Positions 47,904 to 57,606 of a stretch of 64,000 bases of DNA are shown piece after piece. Position numbers and translations under genes: made by a program. Numbering within the stretch: position 1 is the stretch's first letter; the number at the start of each line of letters is the position of its first letter. The notes under the pieces were generated by a model. That model saw only the letters and a program-made list of their open reading frames with translations, had not been told where the DNA came from and searched no databases. The stretch is from the sequence record LR756508.1, one strand, 5' to 3'.

Positions 47904-49538
47904 ATGAATAACTTTGATCTCAGCCAGTTTAAGACAGGTTCTTCTCCGGAGCAGAAGCTCCTGGAGCAGAGCAGAGAGCTTGTCGACAAATGGTCTCCTA
48001 CCGGCCTTCTCGAAGGTCTTGAGGACGACCATGAAGTACATGGCGTATCAATCTTGCTCGAAAATCAGTATCAACAGCTACTCAAGGAGGCATCCCGAAC
48101 TGGAACTAGTGAGGGTTCTGAGGAGTGGAGCGGAGTTGCTCTTCCACTTGTTAGAAGGGTCTTTGGCGAGATCGTAGCCAAGGAATTTGTTAGCGTTCAG
48201 CCCATGAACCTGCCTTCTGGTCTTATTTTCTACCTCGACTTCCGTTACGGCTCTAGCCAGCCAGGATTCGAAGAAGGTGGTTCCGTTTATGGTAAGACTG
48301 GAACGTTCGAAGATGTAGAGGGCGCTCCTTCCGGAGCACTTTACGGATCAGGACGTTTCGGATACTCCGTAAACGACCAGCTTGCCCAAGACGTGTCCCC
48401 TCACGCCATTAACGACGTGACGGACGCAAGGGTGAATTTCGATGAGAACCTGGTGGACAGAACCGGAGATCTCGCTGGAGTAGAGGTAGACCTTCCAAGT
48501 CGAGTAGATACGGAAGGAGTTAGGGCCTTTACTATCGCCGCAGGTGATATTTCCGAATATTACCCTGCTCACACGCGATACGTTCAGGAAAATGGCGACG
48601 GCACTCACCGCGTCGAGTTCATCGTTCTTCCTACGAACTCATCCACTTACGGATATGGTTCTGGAGAGTCCGCAGACGACGTTGACGTGGAGTATCACGT
48701 GCAGCCGCCTGCTTACGACCGTGGAGACTTCGAGGAGCGCGACGACCAGAGCATCCAGAACGCTGGCGCAAGCGACTTCCAGCCACTGGATATTCCTGAG
48801 ATTGACTTTGACCTTTCTAGTGAGCCGATTGAGGCGAAAACCAGAAAGCTCAAAGCAGTCTGGACTCCTGAGCTCGCGCAGGACCTGAACGCTTACCACT
48901 CCATCGACGCCGAGGCGGAGCTTACCTCAATGCTTTCGGAGTACATTAGCATGGAGATCGACCTCGAAATCTTGGATATGCTGATCCAGAACGCTCTTAC
49001 CAAGGAGTACTGGAGCACGCTTCCGGGATACGAGTACGACCCGAACACTGGTCAGTTCCAAGACCAGCGAAGTCACACGGGTACGAAAAACGAGTGGTTC
49101 CAGACCCTTGGAAACAAGATCCAGAGGGTATCGAACAGGATCCACCAGAAAACCATGAGGGGTGGAGCAAACTTCCTCGTTTGTTCCCCAGACGTGGCAA
49201 CCATCCTCGAATCTATTGAAGGATTCAGGGCAGACACGGATGGAACCCAGATGGACTTCGCGATGGGCGTCCAGCGCGTTGGAACCCTAAACAACAGGTT
49301 CCAGGTTTACAAGAATCCTTACTTTGTAAACAACGTGATCCTTGTTGGATTCAGGGGTCAGAACTTCCTTGAGACTGGCGCAGTTTACGCACCGTATGTG
49401 CCGCTCATTATGACTCCAATCGTATATGACCCGAATAACTTCACTCCGCGAAGAGGCGTAATGACTCGATACGCTAAAAAGATGGTCCGTCCAGAGTTCT
49501 ACGGACTCGTAGTGGTTGATAAGCCATCTAGAGTTTAA
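47904..49538 (+). CDS. gp23: Major capsid protein
   Basis: FVSVQPMNLPSGLIF, AKTRKLKAVWTPELAQDLNAYHSIDAEAELTSMLSEYI, GAVYAPYVPL, GVMTRYA. Confidence 0.97.
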   Translation: MNNFDLSQFKTGSSPEQKLLEQSRELVDKWSPTGLLEGLEDDHEVHGVSILLENQYQQLLKEASRTGTSEGSEEWSGVALPLVRRVFGEIVAKEFVSVQPMNLPSGLIFYLDFRYGSSQPGFEEGGSVYGKTGTFEDVEGAPSGALYGSGRFGYSVNDQLAQDVSPHAINDVTDARVNFDENLVDRTGDLAGVEVDLPSRVDTEGVRAFTIAAGDISEYYPAHTRYVQENGDGTHRVEFIVLPTNSSTYGYGSGESADDVDVEYHVQPPAYDRGDFEERDDQSIQNAGASDFQPLDIPEIDFDLSSEPIEAKTRKLKAVWTPELAQDLNAYHSIDAEAELTSMLSEYISMEIDLEILDMLIQNALTKEYWSTLPGYEYDPNTGQFQDQRSHTGTKNEWFQTLGNKIQRVSNRIHQKTMRGGANFLVCSPDVATILESIEGFRADTDGTQMDFAMGVQRVGTLNNRFQVYKNPYFVNNVILVGFRGQNFLETGAVYAPYVPLIMTPIVYDPNNFTPRRGVMTRYAKKMVRPEFYGLVVVDKPSRV

Positions 49539-49597
49539 CGCTTTAACGGGTGTATTGTTCCGAAAGTTATTTCGGATTCATATACATTTAAAAAATT

Positions 49598-49635
49598 AAA
49601 GGGAACTTGGGTTGGAAGCCCGAGTTCCCTTTTTT
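49598..49635 (+). terminator. Rho-independent terminator after the MCP
   Basis: AAAGGGAACTTGGGTT-GGAA-GCCCGAGTTCCCTTTTTT. Confidence 0.8.
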
Positions 49636-49721
49636 ATTTGCTGTATTTTGACATTTGGGCGTAAATTATTTGAAGTCTTAATCTATTTAATTATGAGCAT
49701 TATAATTAAAAAAACAGAATT

Positions 49722-51434
49722 ATGCCAAGAGACTGGAGCAAAGAGAAAAATCCAAATTACGTTGACATACAAAAAGAAGAATTAAAGACAAAAATACTGG
49801 AGGAGTATACCTCCAAAGAACTTGCAGATTATTTCGACGTCAACCAGAACACAATTACAAACAAAGTTCAAAAGTTCTGGAATGCTGGATTAAGAGAAGT
49901 GAGGAAAAACTTGTATGAAGATAACGCTAAGTATGGAAGATGCAAAATTTGTAACCAGCCTCTTGAGTCCAACCAGAAAACTTACTGCTCAAACGAATGT
50001 AAATTTTCCGATGAAGAATACAATCAATCCAGGGTTCCCGATAAGAAAAACAATGAAAATAAAAAGGCCGTTTGTAAACTGTGTGATTACGAGTCTACTG
50101 ACTATAAAAATGTCTCTGGCGCGTTAACAAAACACCTGAACCAGAAGCATAATGGAGATTTTAAAGTCGAAAAACTATTTCAAATTGAAGAGAAAGAAGA
50201 AGTAAGTTATTTGGAATGTCCAGAATGTGATTGGAAGACAAAAGATGTTGAAAACCAATCTGGCTCATTTACGAAACATATTCAAAAACAACATAAAAAT
50301 GTTCTTTCTTTTGTTGAAGATTATCCTTCCACAAAAAGTATTCTACCAGTCGGGAAGTTTAAACGAAAGAAAAGATTAGAAGAGAATGGCGTCAAATGTG
50401 AGATCTGCGGAAAACTATTTGATAAACTTACTAATACGCATCTTAAAAAACATGACATAACCCCTACTGAATATAAAATTAAGTATGAGAGTAAGACCTA
50501 CTCAGAAAACCACTATCAGAAGTGTAAAAAACACTATCATGAGTTTTTGGAAGGAAATGGTGCTATCTTCGTTTCAGAAGCAGAGAAAGAACTCAAAAAG
50601 TTTCTTGAGTCTCTTGAGGTTGATAATATTGAGACTAATGTTCGTAGTATAGACGAAGTAAGTGAAATTGATATATTAGTACCAGACTTTGATCTCGGGA
50701 TTGAATACAACGGCCTGCCTTATCATTCGCAGGGTTTTAATGATAAAGGTAAATGGTGCCACTGGAACAAAACGAAAAAGTGCAGAGAAAATGGAATAAA
50801 CCTTATCCAAATATTTGGTGATCAGTGGAATAACAAAAAAGAAATAGTAAAATCGAGGCTAAAACATAAACTAAACCTTGGGACAAAAACTAAAATTGGG
50901 GCAAGAGATTGTAAGTGTAGAGAAATTAGTAACACTCAGAAACGTTTGTTTTTAGATAGAAACCACATAAGGGGCACTGTAGGCTCAATGGTTTCACTTG
51001 GGTTAGAAAAAGAAGGTGAGCTGGTATCGGTAATGACATTCGGACATTCGAGTTCTAATTACGAACACGAGCTTTCAAGATTTGCCGTAAAACAAGACTT
51101 TGTGGTTCATGGAGCAGCGGGAAAAATGTTTTCGCATTTTAAGAAAAATTACAATTCAAATTCGGTTGTAACGTATTTAGATCTTTCATGGTCTAGTCGA
51201 GATGATAACTTTTACAGTCAATTAGGTTTTGAGTTCGATGGTGAGGTTGATCCTTCTTACTCATACACAAAAAACTACCATAAAAGACTTCATAAATCTA
51301 ACTTTTCAAAGTCCAGTATTAAGAAAAAATATCCAGACCAATACAACTCAAATCTCACGGAGTGGGGGAACATGAAGAAGCTCGGGTTTGATCGAATATG
51401 GGATTGCGGCAAAATCCGTTACGTATGGAAGTAA
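49722..51434 (+). CDS. Free-standing homing-endonuclease-like protein: C2H2 fingers + Vsr/PD-(D/E)xK nuclease + GNAT/Mom-like domain
   Basis: CKLC...HLNQKH, SEAEKEL...EIDILVPDFDLGIEYNGLPYH, ELSRFA...RIWDCG. Confidence 0.75.
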   Translation: MPRDWSKEKNPNYVDIQKEELKTKILEEYTSKELADYFDVNQNTITNKVQKFWNAGLREVRKNLYEDNAKYGRCKICNQPLESNQKTYCSNECKFSDEEYNQSRVPDKKNNENKKAVCKLCDYESTDYKNVSGALTKHLNQKHNGDFKVEKLFQIEEKEEVSYLECPECDWKTKDVENQSGSFTKHIQKQHKNVLSFVEDYPSTKSILPVGKFKRKKRLEENGVKCEICGKLFDKLTNTHLKKHDITPTEYKIKYESKTYSENHYQKCKKHYHEFLEGNGAIFVSEAEKELKKFLESLEVDNIETNVRSIDEVSEIDILVPDFDLGIEYNGLPYHSQGFNDKGKWCHWNKTKKCRENGINLIQIFGDQWNNKKEIVKSRLKHKLNLGTKTKIGARDCKCREISNTQKRLFLDRNHIRGTVGSMVSLGLEKEGELVSVMTFGHSSSNYEHELSRFAVKQDFVVHGAAGKMFSHFKKNYNSNSVVTYLDLSWSSRDDNFYSQLGFEFDGEVDPSYSYTKNYHKRLHKSNFSKSSIKKKYPDQYNSNLTEWGNMKKLGFDRIWDCGKIRYVWK

Positions 51435-51538
51435 AAAACTTCAGTCTATAAATTTCTATCGAATAAGGATCAGTTTTGAAACTTTTTCATTTCAATTAGT
51501 TTAAAGAGTGATTGAAATTTGACTAACAAAACAGTTCA

Positions 51539-53473
51539 ATGAGCGACGAAAAGAGAACAACTGAATCTATTGTCTGCCAGATTTGTGAGAAAGAGTATTC
51601 ATTATACGGTCTTTCTAGCCATATTAAACACTCCCACGAAATGAGTGTAGAGGATTATGCCGAAAAGTTTGGGGAGTTTAGAAAGTCCAAGATTAATGAA
51701 AATAATGAAAAGCAGAGAGACGTTCAAAGCATTAAGTGCGAGGAGTGTGGAAAGAGCTATTCTTCTGCAGGAATGCATACGCATTTATTTCACACCCACG
51801 ACATGACGGTAGAGGAATATGTTGAGAAGCACGGCGAGTATAGAAAGAAGCAGAAGAGTAGGAAGAAAAGAAAAGAGAATTCCGATTATCAATGCGAAAT
51901 CTGCGAAGAGACTCTCGTTTCAGACAGGCAGCTAAGTTTTCACGTCCGCAAGGAACACGATTTAATTAAAAAGTCATATCTACTCAAGCACGTCTTTGAT
52001 GGAGAGCACCCAAAATGTGAATGTGGGTGTGGCCAACGGGTTAAAATTCTATCTCACGAGCCGTACAAAAGAGAATATATTTCTGGCCATAACTCGAAGG
52101 GCGAGAGCAACCCAATGTATGGAAAACACCACAACCAGTCCTCGCTAGAAGAAATGCGAGAAGCTGCTATAAGTCGTGATACAGGCAAAAAAAATACAGA
52201 GCCAGAAAGAAAGTTAAAAAGGAAACTTGATTCCTTGGACATTGATTATGAACACCAACATGAAACCGAGTATGGAAGTGTTGATTTCTACCTGCCTGAA
52301 GAAGACCTATTAGTTGAAGTCGATGGATATTATTGGCACCCGAAAGAAAAAACTTCTCTCAATTTTAGGCAACTTGCTGGAGTAATTAACGACTACCGAA
52401 AAGATCAAAATCTTGATAAACTTTTTCGTCTTCGTCTCGATAGTATAGCTGAAATTAGTAAAGTAGAAGATATAAAAAAATACTCTTATAACCTAGATTA
52501 TAACTTTTCATTTCGAGATCCAATCATCGAAGAAGAATATGTGAGTTGGGGGATAGAAAACAAAGGTAAAAAACATATAAGAGACAACATCCACCTTCTC
52601 CTGCGATTTCTTCGGACCGTTATTGCCCAGTTCCCGTATCCAGAATCGAAATATACTCTTGAAGAAATAAAAGAAAAAATTTCAAGTTATGACTATTCGA
52701 AGGTAATAGATGAAGAAAAAAAGATAGTAAAAAACAATGCGTGGTGGATCGGGAACACGTTCTTGAAGTCAATATTCAAGTCCTACTGGAAATCAAGCTT
52801 CAAGGGCGAGCCATCCCCGATTGAAATTTGGAACGACTATGGAAAACTACGAAGTATAATTGAGTATAGGATGGGACTAAATAACAGCGGAGAAGTTTTC
52901 GATTTTTCGCTTAAGGAGGTCCTCCGAGGAATTTCAGCCAGTAGGTCCTCTATTTCATTTTTCAAACCACTCGTTGCCGCAGCGATCTATGATCACTTCA
53001 TTGAGGCCAGCAAGGAGCCAGTTGTTATAGATCCATGTGCTGGGTTTGGAGGTCGAATGCTCGGTTTCAAGTCCGTTTATCCTGATGGCAGGTACATTGG
53101 AATTGAGCCTAATAGCGAGACGTATTCAGAGCTTTTGGAGTTGGCCGAAAAATTCAAAAAGGTAGAGCTCTATAACAAAAAGCAAGAAGAGTTTGATTTA
53201 AGCCAGTTCGATGAAACCGTTGATCTCACTTTCACTTCCATTCCTTACTTCGATAAGGAAGTTTATAGCCAACCAGTTTCATACGATAGTTTTGATGATT
53301 GGAAGGGCGAGTTTGTAGAGAGACTAAAAAGATTTCCGAAACTGCTTGTGAACGTTCCTTTTGAACTCAGCAACTATTTCAACTACGAGGAAACGTATAA
53401 GTTCGTAAACAACGCCTCCCACTTCGAGAGTGAGAAAGACGAAAAGGTCGAGCACCTTTTGAAATGTTTCTGA
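51539..53473 (+). CDS. Zinc-finger/NUMOD3/Vsr-like endonuclease fused to an amino-methyltransferase domain
   Basis: Three C2H2 fingers, NPMYGKHH, VDFYL...VEVDGYYWH, SAM motif VIDPCAGFGGR, and motif IV variant FTSIPY. Confidence 0.75.
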   Translation: MSDEKRTTESIVCQICEKEYSLYGLSSHIKHSHEMSVEDYAEKFGEFRKSKINENNEKQRDVQSIKCEECGKSYSSAGMHTHLFHTHDMTVEEYVEKHGEYRKKQKSRKKRKENSDYQCEICEETLVSDRQLSFHVRKEHDLIKKSYLLKHVFDGEHPKCECGCGQRVKILSHEPYKREYISGHNSKGESNPMYGKHHNQSSLEEMREAAISRDTGKKNTEPERKLKRKLDSLDIDYEHQHETEYGSVDFYLPEEDLLVEVDGYYWHPKEKTSLNFRQLAGVINDYRKDQNLDKLFRLRLDSIAEISKVEDIKKYSYNLDYNFSFRDPIIEEEYVSWGIENKGKKHIRDNIHLLLRFLRTVIAQFPYPESKYTLEEIKEKISSYDYSKVIDEEKKIVKNNAWWIGNTFLKSIFKSYWKSSFKGEPSPIEIWNDYGKLRSIIEYRMGLNNSGEVFDFSLKEVLRGISASRSSISFFKPLVAAAIYDHFIEASKEPVVIDPCAGFGGRMLGFKSVYPDGRYIGIEPNSETYSELLELAEKFKKVELYNKKQEEFDLSQFDETVDLTFTSIPYFDKEVYSQPVSYDSFDDWKGEFVERLKRFPKLLVNVPFELSNYFNYEETYKFVNNASHFESEKDEKVEHLLKCF

Positions 53474-53540
53474 GAGATAGCCTGCCTGTTTCATTTTTTG
53501 AGCTAATTTTTTGACTGGAAACCATTCGGAAAAAGACTCC

Positions 53541-53566
53541 AAGGAGTCCGAAAGGACTCCTTTTTT
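53541..53566 (+). terminator. Rho-independent terminator
   Basis: AAGGAGTCC-GAAA-GGACTCCTTTTTT. Confidence 0.85.
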
Positions 53567-53695
53567 AATTGCCGCTTAGACCTTTCGAAACGATACATAA
53601 TAGTAGGTTAGAGCAGAGCTTTCATGCGTCAGTGGATTACCTAAACCTTCCCCTCAATCTTTTTAAACTTCAGATAAAAGGAAGACAGAGAGAGC

Positions 53696-54439
53696 ATGAG
53701 GTTAAAAGAAATACTTCTTGAAAACGTAAGTGAGAACATATGGAGGAAGTTCAAAGACGACTGCGCTGCGTTTATTGAGATAAACGAGTCGAAATTAAAA
53801 AACGGTTATTATCTCTACAGAGGAACCAGCAGTTACGACCGAAACGTAATTAAAAAAAGATTTCGGCAGAGGGATGAGGTCCACGGGTCAAGCACCAAAA
53901 CTTGGGCTTATGAACATTTTAAACCCAAAGCCTACCCATCAAGAGAAGACATGATTCCAACGTTTGGGGGAGAGATGAGTTATAACGTTGGCAGCGAGGT
54001 TCACCTCGTTTTTCCAATAGACTACAACTACAAGCTCCAGTACACGAGAGGGCTTGATGATTTCAACGACGACGATAATCCAATAGGATACAAAAACTCC
54101 CCTTTCAATATTTTGATGAAAGTTATAGATGACGAAAAGTTTCCTGATTATTTGAGGGAGAAAGCTCGGGCTTTTCGGAGAGAAGGAGGTAAATACGGTT
54201 ACGACGAAATTAGGACTTTTTATGGTAACGTCTGGGACCTGGCGCAAAAGGCAGCTTCCTACGATGAAGACCTAAAAGAAAAGCTTGAGGCGTTCAGGGT
54301 GGAGGTAGACCAGTATTTTCAAAAAAGCGAGGTTTCAAAAGAGATGCCCGAGGAGAAAGAAATCGAGGTCGGGCTTTACGCTCCGCAGGGTTTTTACTAC
54401 GTGAAGCCTGACGTCTTGGAGTATAAGAGTTTGTTTTAA
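53696..54439 (+). CDS. Putative ADP-ribosyltransferase-fold protein, paralog 1 (subgroup A)
   Basis: MRLKEILLE leader; LYRGT...PSREDMIPTFG...VHLVFP...IEVGLYAPQGFYYV. Confidence 0.55.
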   Translation: MRLKEILLENVSENIWRKFKDDCAAFIEINESKLKNGYYLYRGTSSYDRNVIKKRFRQRDEVHGSSTKTWAYEHFKPKAYPSREDMIPTFGGEMSYNVGSEVHLVFPIDYNYKLQYTRGLDDFNDDDNPIGYKNSPFNILMKVIDDEKFPDYLREKARAFRREGGKYGYDEIRTFYGNVWDLAQKAASYDEDLKEKLEAFRVEVDQYFQKSEVSKEMPEEKEIEVGLYAPQGFYYVKPDVLEYKSLF

Positions 54440-54452
54440 CTGAGAACTCGCG

Positions 54453-55298
54453 ATGAGACTTAAAAACGTTTTACTTAAAGAGCAGAAAATAGACGCTTTT
54501 GTAGAGGATTGTTATCCGTTTCTGGCCGAAAATGAGTATCCCCTCGCAAATGGTTTCTTTTTGAAGAGGGCATCGGAAAATAACTATAACGGTTTAACAA
54601 AAAAATCGGCAAGAAAAAGAAAGGGGGTTTTCAGTCCTGATCTTTACTTCTTTTATGAAAAGTATAAACCCTCTAGCGTTCCGCCGAGAAAAGAGCTGCT
54701 TCCTGTCTACGGAAAGCAGATTGTTGAGACTGCATTTCAAGAGGGGTCCTATAATACGTATCTTGTTTTTCCTGTTGGAAGAAACTATAAGCTTTATTAT
54801 CATCCGAAAGTCGGAGACTTTAATTATAACCCACTTCTCTCGAAAAAAAATCTTACTGTAACCCATTGCCATAATAAATTTGCTGCTTACATGGGATTTT
54901 TGTTTGGAAAATTGAGAAAAACAGAAGACTTTGAAATTCCATCCAAATTCAAACGAGCTGTAAGTTTTTCTCGCAATGCCAAGTGTAGCGTTGAGGTAAG
55001 TAAGATTATGGATGTTTATCCGCTGCTTTTCGAGTTTTTGGAAAGCCATTCTTGGGAGGAAATAACCAGGCACATAAATTTGGAATATATGTTTGATACG
55101 AACTTGAAAAAAGATATACAGGCGATCCTTCAAAACTACAAAAACTATTTCGAGCAGTATTTCTCTGGACTTAACCAGACCAGAAGTTTAGAAAAGCCGA
55201 TGATTGGAAGCGAAGTTGGAATGCTTGCTCCAAATGGGTTTTATTACTTGCCAGAAAACGAAAAAGATCTTATTAGTAAAGCGCTTCAAGAGATATAA
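54453..55298 (+). CDS. Putative ART-fold protein, paralog 2 (subgroup A)
   Basis: MRLKNVLLKE; LKRAS...PPRKELLPVYG...TYLVFP...SEVGMLAPNGFYYL. Confidence 0.5.
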   Translation: MRLKNVLLKEQKIDAFVEDCYPFLAENEYPLANGFFLKRASENNYNGLTKKSARKRKGVFSPDLYFFYEKYKPSSVPPRKELLPVYGKQIVETAFQEGSYNTYLVFPVGRNYKLYYHPKVGDFNYNPLLSKKNLTVTHCHNKFAAYMGFLFGKLRKTEDFEIPSKFKRAVSFSRNAKCSVEVSKIMDVYPLLFEFLESHSWEEITRHINLEYMFDTNLKKDIQAILQNYKNYFEQYFSGLNQTRSLEKPMIGSEVGMLAPNGFYYLPENEKDLISKALQEI

Positions 55299-56110
55299 TG
55301 GCAGACTTAAAAGAAGCACTTATTAGCGAGGGCCACTCGGGAAGAAGCAGACCTTTAAGTAGGGAAAGATTCGAAGAAATGAAAGAATCGAAGGCACCTG
55401 GCTATAGTTTAGATAACGACAGAATTTTCCGTGGCATCCGCGGTTTTGGCTATGATTTTGCTATGGTTGATCCAACTGGACACAGGGAACGAAAAAGTGC
55501 CCATGCCCAGACGAATTATTATACTTTGATTATTAACAATAGTTTTGCGTGGAGAAGATATCCGAGGCGAGAACTTTCTTGTACTACAAGTTCTTCGAAA
55601 GCTGCGGGGTATGGCGATGTTTATCTGGTAGTGCCATACGATGGAGTCGAATGGGGAATTTGTCCAGACAAAGACATTTTCTTTTCTTTCGGTAGGCTCC
55701 AAAAAGAAGTTGGATTTGATAACATTGATCGATTTATGAGCGTAATTCGCAGTTTCTTTAGCGAATACCTTGATTCTGTTCCATATGAGAGTGACTTTAC
55801 AGATTTTAAGTTCCACCTGGAAAAACTTGGAGATAAGCTGGCTGAAATTGGTTTCTTTGAGGAAAATTACAGTGACATGTTAAAAGATGGATTTGAAAAC
55901 TTGTGGGGACCTTATAAGAACTCAAAGTTTTTTGAGTACAACGAGTTTGATCAGTTTGTTTTTGATTTAATTGATCCAGAGAAAAATGGTTTTGAAGTAC
56001 AAGAAACTTGGAGTGGAGCACCAGACAACAGGGAAGTGTGGACGGATGGGCCTTGTCTTCTTGTAAGGCTTGCTTTTCTCAAAGAGAATCCAGACGAGTT
56101 GGACTTGTAG
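55298..56110 (+). CDS. Putative R-S-E ADP-ribosyltransferase, paralog 3
   Basis: MADLKEALISE; IFRG...LSCTTSSSKAAGYGDVYLVVP...REVW. Best match to the R-S-E pattern. Confidence 0.65.
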   Translation: MADLKEALISEGHSGRSRPLSRERFEEMKESKAPGYSLDNDRIFRGIRGFGYDFAMVDPTGHRERKSAHAQTNYYTLIINNSFAWRRYPRRELSCTTSSSKAAGYGDVYLVVPYDGVEWGICPDKDIFFSFGRLQKEVGFDNIDRFMSVIRSFFSEYLDSVPYESDFTDFKFHLEKLGDKLAEIGFFEENYSDMLKDGFENLWGPYKNSKFFEYNEFDQFVFDLIDPEKNGFEVQETWSGAPDNREVWTDGPCLLVRLAFLKENPDELDL

Positions 56111-56133
56111 TTTTTAACTTAGGATGAGTTTTT

Positions 56134-56898
56134 ATGAAGTTGAAGGGAATACTTAAAGAGGCAAAAAGTGATCAACTTGTTGGCAAAGTAAAGGAAGATT
56201 GCTCTGACTTTATTAGCGTAAATCGAAGTGCCTTGGAGAGTGGAAATTATCTTATGAGGGGAACCGATAAAGCTTATCGGGGAGACCGAATTGTCAAGAA
56301 AGATTTTAGACTTAGAAAGAAAGTAAAGGGTAGCAATTTTATGACCTGGTTTTATGAAAAATGGAAACCAGATTCCCAACCTTCAAGGCAGGAAATGGTC
56401 CCGACTCAGTTTGGTGAGTTAACGGGAATGTTTAGCACAAAAAATACATTTGCCGTTTTTCCAATTGGAAGTAGGTATAAGCTACATTATACTTCAGAAG
56501 TTGAAGACTTCAATAGCCTTAATCCGTATATTAATAAATTTCTTGATCCGCAGAAGCAGATTGAGAAAGCGAAGTTGAACTATGCCGATCTGCCAGAAGA
56601 AGTAAAAGACGAGTTAAAGCGGGCCATAGATTTGTATATGGAAGAAAAGAGCTGGAACTACGATAAAATTGTTGAGCTTTATGAAGAGCTATGGGAAGTG
56701 CAGAAGTTTTTAGGAAAGTATAGAAATGACGTAAAAGAAGAAATAGAAAGATTAAAAAAGTCTGCAGAGAACTATTTTCAAAACAGCAAATTTACGAAAA
56801 AACTTCCAGGTGAAAAAGGGTTGGAGGTGAATGTTTATGCTCCTGATGGCTGGTATTATGTGGATAAAGATATAACTGAAAACAAACTGATCGGTTAA
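56134..56898 (+). CDS. Putative ART-fold protein, paralog 4 (subgroup A)
   Basis: MKLKGILKE; LMRGT...PSRQEMVPTQFG...TFAVFP...LEVNVYAPDGWYYV. Confidence 0.55.
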   Translation: MKLKGILKEAKSDQLVGKVKEDCSDFISVNRSALESGNYLMRGTDKAYRGDRIVKKDFRLRKKVKGSNFMTWFYEKWKPDSQPSRQEMVPTQFGELTGMFSTKNTFAVFPIGSRYKLHYTSEVEDFNSLNPYINKFLDPQKQIEKAKLNYADLPEEVKDELKRAIDLYMEEKSWNYDKIVELYEELWEVQKFLGKYRNDVKEEIERLKKSAENYFQNSKFTKKLPGEKGLEVNVYAPDGWYYVDKDITENKLIG

Positions 56899-57604
56899 GT
56901 GATTAAGTTCAAAAAACTTCTTTTTGAGGACGGTAGGGTTAACGCGGCGCGAGAAGTAGATAAACTGCTACAAACCCAGTTTCAAAATGACCTACCGAAA
57001 CTCTATAGAGCATCAAAGAGAGAGTTTGAAGCTTCTTATAAAATTTTGAGGTTTGGAGATGAAATTCGAGAACCAAAGGGATCTTCTTATGACGCACAGA
57101 TTATATTAGATGGAGTAGCTGAAGCGGTTAATCCTAATATCCCAAAGAGGTTTGAGTCAAAATTTGCTACGACTGAATATTTTGAAGGAAGTGGGTTAGT
57201 ATTCGGCACAAACACCTACGTGGTGTTCCCAGATAAAAATTCAGATATCGCTAGTTTTTCTGGAGATACAATTGATCTTCGTGGGGACATTGACGCCATG
57301 ATAGCTGACTTTTCTGGAAGGGAGCCTCAATATCCGAAGTTTAAAGAAATGCTGGAGAAAATTCATTCGGTGGACGAAAAGGAATTGGAAAGACGTAAGC
57401 GGTGAACTTGAAAATGGAGGACTTTTTGGAACAAAAATGTTAGAAAGTATTGAGAATTATTTCAAAGCTATGAAACGTGGGGCAAAACAAGACTCAGATG
57501 AAATAATGTTTTCGGGAGATCAATATTTGTATGTCAAACCTGATTTTTTTGATGAGCACTTTCGGAGGTCCGGGGGTGAATGGGAATTAAGACCTGATTA
57601 TTAG
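56899..57604 (+). pseudogene. ART-fold paralog 5 (subgroup B) split by a +1 frameshift
   Basis: Frame 0 (LYRAS...PKRFESKFATT) stops at 57405. The +1 frame encodes IENYFKAMKRG...DEIMFSGDQYLYV...SGGEWEL* to 57604, homologous to the C-termini of paralogs 6 and 7. Confidence 0.7.
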
Positions 57605-57606
57605 TG

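Noticed and set aside
53580-53695. Riboswitch-like leader before the ART array
   Set aside because: Only a weak, imperfect stem (AGGTTAG/CTAAACCT) and no recognisable aptamer consensus.
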